DNA of 32,000 nt from Bowmanella denitrificans (GTDB lineage Bacteria > Pseudomonadota > Gammaproteobacteria > Enterobacterales > Alteromonadaceae), in NCBI RefSeq assembly GCF_039522935.1, contig NZ_BAAAEI010000007.1, positions 84,501 through 116,500 of the forward strand. Reading direction: 5' to 3'. Positions 28,484 to 32,000 of this stretch are shown here, in pieces. The position numbers and the translations under genes are program-made. How positions within the stretch are numbered: the stretch's first letter is position 1; every line of letters starts with the position of its first letter. Under the pieces are notes generated by a model. It did no database searches and was not told the DNA's origin. It saw only the letters and a program-made list of their open reading frames with translations.

Positions 28484-29035
28484 TCATTTGCTTACAGCAT
28501 CACCCGCACCAGCTCCAGAGACAGTTTTAAATATATAAGAAAAGTATTGAGGGACACTAAGCGTCGTTAACATGGTTCGATCAACTTTTGCCAGAAGTTG
28601 AGGAGTGGACATGTCGATGCCTTTTATCTGAGCCAATCCAGTTATTCCCGGTCTGACATCGTATACACCTAATAGACTTCTGGCTTCTGTAAGTTCAACC
28701 TGAGTTGCAAGTCCTGGCCGCGGCCCTACCAAACTCATGTCACCTTTAAGGACATTCCATAACTGGGGCAACTCGTCTAGTTTGGTTCTTCGCAGAAATT
28801 TTCCAAACGGAGTAATTGCATTAGCATCTGCCAAGTGACTAGGTACTGAAGCAGTATCCGGTTTCATTGTTCTGAACTTCACTAGGGTAAAGGGCTGTTG
28901 ATAGCGCCCTACTCTGACCTGGCGGAAGAGCGGCGCTCTTGTGTCGAACATGCCTATTAAATAGATAACTATTAGCACCGGAAATCCAAAAACTAATCCG
29001 AGCAAAGAAAAAAAAATATCAAAAAGTCGCAGCAT
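28484..29035 (-). CDS. Small monotopic phosphoglycosyl transferase (bacterial sugar transferase family, PglC/WbaP-C-terminal type)
   Basis: Motifs are FDIFFSLLGLVFGFPVLIVIYL (re-entrant helix), PLFRQVRVGRYQQPFTLVKFRTM and DELPQLWNVLKGDMSLVGPRP. The ORF maximum is 29107. ATG 29035 avoids a 50-nt overlap and gives a family-typical product of about 183 aa. Confidence 0.85.
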   Translation of the reverse strand: MLRLFDIFFSLLGLVFGFPVLIVIYLIGMFDTRAPLFRQVRVGRYQQPFTLVKFRTMKPDTASVPSHLADANAITPFGKFLRRTKLDELPQLWNVLKGDMSLVGPRPGLATQVELTEARSLLGVYDVRPGITGLAQIKGIDMSTPQLLAKVDRTMLTTLSVPQYFSYIFKTVSGAGAGDAVSK

Positions 29036-29057
29036 GATCTTGAACCAGATAGTTAAT

Positions 29058-30014
29058 TTATTGAGAATGTTTAGTGCCTTGGAGACACTCAGCAAGGCCT
29101 TGTTCAAAGGTGACTGGTGGAAGCCAGTTAAGCGTGTTGATCGTATCTGCTATGTTTACCTGAAGATTACTACATAACCTATCTGTAACTGCGGATTTAC
29201 CGACAAGGCCTGCAGCAAATTTTAACAAACCAACAGGAAACAGCCATAGCCGGGGTTTCTTACCATTTAGTCTAGTCAGGGTTGATAGCAACTCAGATGT
29301 GGATACATCATGATTGTCACTGACAAGGAAAACCTTGTTTGCTGCATTAGGGTGATTAATACAGGTTTCAATCAGACTCACTAAATTAGGTAAACTTACC
29401 ATACTTCTTTTATTGTTAACTGATGCCAATGGTAGAGGTAAATTAGCTTTAGCCAACTTTATCATACTTGCAAAATTGGCTTTTACTCCCGGACCATAAA
29501 CCAGAGGTGGGCGAATAATTACCACCTCCATTTGCGAATGCTCAGCGAGCTCTAGCAACCCCGTCTCTGCCTCAGCTTTGGAGATCGCATACGGATCACT
29601 AGGGCCTCTGTTATCAGAAGCGCAGAACGGTCGACCGGGTTGGGTTGACTCACCATTAACTTTAATTGAGCTGAGAAATATAAATCTTTTCACGCCAGCT
29701 TTCTCAGCCTGCTTTGCAAGGTTAAGAGTGCCAGCCGTATTTACCTGACGATACAAAGCTAAAGGTTCTTCTGCATCATCTCGCATTACGTGAGCTCTGG
29801 CAGCACAATGTATAACAACATCGCCTTGACAAAACACACCTTTGTATTCTTCTTCGGCATTTATTTGCTTCTCAATAAAGTCTTCACATTGAAGGGGGGC
29901 TTTACGCCCCAACGCGACCACTTTATATCCTAGATTTTGAAAATGAGTTAAGCAGGCTTTACCGACAAAGCCTGTTGCACCCGTTAATATAAGTCGTTTA
30001 GTGGGAGCTGGCAT
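29058..30014 (-). CDS. NAD(P)-dependent sugar epimerase/reductase (extended SDR)
   Basis: Motifs are LILTGATGFVGKA (Rossmann) and the catalytic YAISKAEAE (YxxxK). It lies next to the phosphoglycosyl transferase, as in wbpV/wreQ/qnr-type UDP-4-keto-6-deoxy-HexNAc reductase arrangements; that specific function is inferred. Confidence 0.75.
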   Translation of the reverse strand: MPAPTKRLILTGATGFVGKACLTHFQNLGYKVVALGRKAPLQCEDFIEKQINAEEEYKGVFCQGDVVIHCAARAHVMRDDAEEPLALYRQVNTAGTLNLAKQAEKAGVKRFIFLSSIKVNGESTQPGRPFCASDNRGPSDPYAISKAEAETGLLELAEHSQMEVVIIRPPLVYGPGVKANFASMIKLAKANLPLPLASVNNKRSMVSLPNLVSLIETCINHPNAANKVFLVSDNHDVSTSELLSTLTRLNGKKPRLWLFPVGLLKFAAGLVGKSAVTDRLCSNLQVNIADTINTLNWLPPVTFEQGLAECLQGTKHSQ

Positions 30015-31170
30015 TCGTTGTCTCTATAATGTCTTCAGCCATTTTTTGCATTATATTTGACCGGCTAAACTTGTTAATAAATTCCTGACGTGGCTGCTGA
30101 ATAAGCTCAAGCTCGTCAAACCGCTCAATTGCCATAGTATGATTGCAGGGGCTGAAGACAGCACTATTGCACACTTCATTCTTGATAAATTCAGCAGCAA
30201 AGCCACCTACCCCAGCCCAAATAGGCTTGCCCGTAGCAGCGTACTCAAAAACTTTTGAAGGAAGCACTTTCTCAAAGGCCGCGTAATCATTCAGGTGCAA
30301 CAGCAGAATATCTGCATTTTGATACTCGGCTACTAGCTGTGTCCGACTGACAGGTGGCAACAGCTCTACGTTGTTAAATCCTTCGACCGCAGACATCAAT
30401 GCTTGCTTTCTGCCGCCATCGCCAATAATACGAAAAAACAGTTTATTTGATGTGGCCACTGCCAACTCAGGAATAATTTTATGCATGCCTTGTCCTTCGC
30501 CCAAATTACCGGCATAAAGCACGATCAGCCGCTTTGCCATATCTTCTTTGTTGGAATTCAGAACATCAGTCTTGAGAAACTCTTCATCGATGCCATTAGA
30601 AAACCAGCGATACGTTTTATCGGGAAACCTTGTTTTGAAATATGTTTTAAAACCACCAGAAACAAGATTGATTTTCTGTGCTTTACTAAACGTGTATCGC
30701 TCAACAACGGAAAGAAAAGGTTTGACGACAAATGCCACTTTCCTAGGCAGCACATCTCCCATGGTATCTACAAAAATATCCCTGATATCCAGATACAGAG
30801 GGATGCGTTTCTGTCTGGCCACCATCGCCCCGAGAAACGCAGTAAATAAGCGAGAAGAGGTAGCAAAAACCAACTGGTAATCTTCTTCTTTGACCAGCTT
30901 TTTCACCTGCTTGTAGTACGCATAGAACGCTTTTATCTGATCAAGCATGCCACTTTTGTGGGATGGCAAAGCAATACGATGAACGGCCACATTTTCTGAC
31001 TTCTCATAAGCCTTAGCCTTAGTTGAAAAAGTAGAGTACCTGTTGGGTAACGTGGTAACTACCTCAATCTGAACATCATATTTGCTCAGTTGCGCCACCA
31101 AGGCGCTGCACCTGAAAGATCCGGCACAAAGGTCGGGCTTATAATAAAACGACAAAATCAGTATCTTCAA
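29998..31170 (-). CDS. GT4 glycosyltransferase (WbuB/WcaI-like architecture)
   Basis: The 390-aa protein starts MKILILSFYYKPDLCAGSFRCSALV and has a C-terminal GT-B region (FEYAATGKPIWAG). It uses a TTG start in a TTGA overlap with the upstream stop. Confidence 0.7.
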   Translation of the reverse strand: MKILILSFYYKPDLCAGSFRCSALVAQLSKYDVQIEVVTTLPNRYSTFSTKAKAYEKSENVAVHRIALPSHKSGMLDQIKAFYAYYKQVKKLVKEEDYQLVFATSSRLFTAFLGAMVARQKRIPLYLDIRDIFVDTMGDVLPRKVAFVVKPFLSVVERYTFSKAQKINLVSGGFKTYFKTRFPDKTYRWFSNGIDEEFLKTDVLNSNKEDMAKRLIVLYAGNLGEGQGMHKIIPELAVATSNKLFFRIIGDGGRKQALMSAVEGFNNVELLPPVSRTQLVAEYQNADILLLHLNDYAAFEKVLPSKVFEYAATGKPIWAGVGGFAAEFIKNEVCNSAVFSPCNHTMAIERFDELELIQQPRQEFINKFSRSNIMQKMAEDIIETTNASSH

Positions 31171-32000
31171 TTTAATAGCTCAACCTTGATAGATATGGAT
31201 GATGAAGACTGGAAAGGGATGATTAGCTTTTGCGATTGTACTGATTCACCAAACCTTGGATGCCAGGTAGATCCTTCTAGCCTAAAAGGAACACCAGACT
31301 CGAGTTGCAAACGCTGACCAGAGGGGGTCTCTAGCAATAAGCGACTCTCATTAGTCTCTATTACTCTTATAGCAGGATGAAGGTGATAATGAGCTTCTGC
31401 CTTTGAAAATTTACCGCTCAGTGAATCACTGACCACCAGACCCCTTTCAAAAACGTCAAGTGCTCGACGGTGTATCACCTTGCCTTTTAGTCTTCTATAC
31501 CCATCATGGGAGGCGACCAGAGCAACTCGGCCATTTTCCTCTGTCTGTTTTTCTAACTGTGCATAGGCGCGTCGTGCAACTCTGAAGCCCCCCCAGACTT
31601 CCGATGAATCCTCATCATCCACGACCACTGTATTATGCGAAGCTGTCTGTCGCTGGCGGTGGCGCTCTGCTGACACACCATATAATGATGTACCAGAATT
31701 AACAAAAACTCTGTCAATTCCTACACTCCATTCAAGGCTAAGGGTATCTGCGTGAGCATGCGCAGGAAGATAATCCGGCCCCACGGCCCCATGATCAAAT
31801 ATAAGGGTATGATCTCTCTGGACGACCTTGCTGTAGCCTGTAGCTAAAAGTATCTGTATTGGACTGTCCGATCTCGGAACTCGCAGCCCAAGCTCTTCGG
31901 CATAGGTCACAATCCACTTTGGTTCTGGAGCAATTCCAAACGCACTATCATTGAAAAAGCTTATCTGTCCGTCGGGATGGGTCATTGCGTCCAGCCACTG
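31167..32000 (-). CDS. Heparinase II/III-like family protein, C-terminal part (gene continues beyond window end)
   Basis: Motifs are PAHAHADTLSLEW and RQTASHNTVVVDDEDSSEVWGGFRVARRA. The reading frame stays open to position 32000 (QWLDAMTHPDGQISFFNDS), so the listed Met at 31985 is internal. Confidence 0.75.
   Translation of the reverse strand, partial: QWLDAMTHPDGQISFFNDSAFGIAPEPKWIVTYAEELGLRVPRSDSPIQILLATGYSKVVQRDHTLIFDHGAVGPDYLPAHAHADTLSLEWSVGIDRVFVNSGTSLYGVSAERHRQRQTASHNTVVVDDEDSSEVWGGFRVARRAYAQLEKQTEENGRVALVASHDGYRRLKGKVIHRRALDVFERGLVVSDSLSGKFSKAEAHYHLHPAIRVIETNESRLLLETPSGQRLQLESGVPFRLEGSTWHPRFGESVQSQKLIIPFQSSSSISIKVELLN

Overview
This window looks like a polar-flagellated gammaproteobacterium with a backbone of about 50% GC (hand-counted 60-nt samples). 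No organism can be assigned from the sequence alone.

The left end (1-3.7 kb, minus strand) is a flagellar block of the Vibrio/Pseudomonas type. It holds fliF (5' part), fliE, the sigma54 response regulator FlrC/FleR and its PAS histidine kinase FlrB/FleS. A near-consensus sigma54 promoter (TGGCAC-N5-TTGC) lies in front of fliE and another in front of flrB.

The remaining roughly 28 kb is a mosaic surface-glycan island, mostly on the minus strand:
- wecA, followed by a clean intrinsic terminator.
- About 1 kb of decayed non-coding DNA.
- A very low-GC, translationally coupled O-antigen-type operon: aminotransferase, wzx, rmlB, rmlA, GT56 WecF-like, GT4, GT2, LbH acetyltransferase, wzy, GT2, GT26 WecG-like, wzz.
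- A GT2 + DUF2304 + second flippase module.
- A WbpM/PglF-type dehydratase.
- A scar made of a broken AAA_14/DUF4143 ATPase gene abutting a 5'-truncated IS3-family remnant.
- A second initiation module: heparinase II/III-like, GT4, SDR, small phosphoglycosyl transferase.

Two plus-strand, AT-rich genes are the least ordinary items:
- A 649-aa protein (5922-7871) with TPR-like repeats and an LSMT/SETD6-like SET domain.
- A 705-aa Wzy_C/O-antigen-ligase family protein (26365-28482) with an extra TM helix, a roughly 235-aa C-terminal domain I could not assign, and a GC break inside the gene.

I saw no CRISPR array, tRNA or rRNA, intact mobile element, or recognisable defence or toxin-antitoxin system. 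Start codons were refined by eye from overlaps and Shine-Dalgarno context and are less certain than stops.
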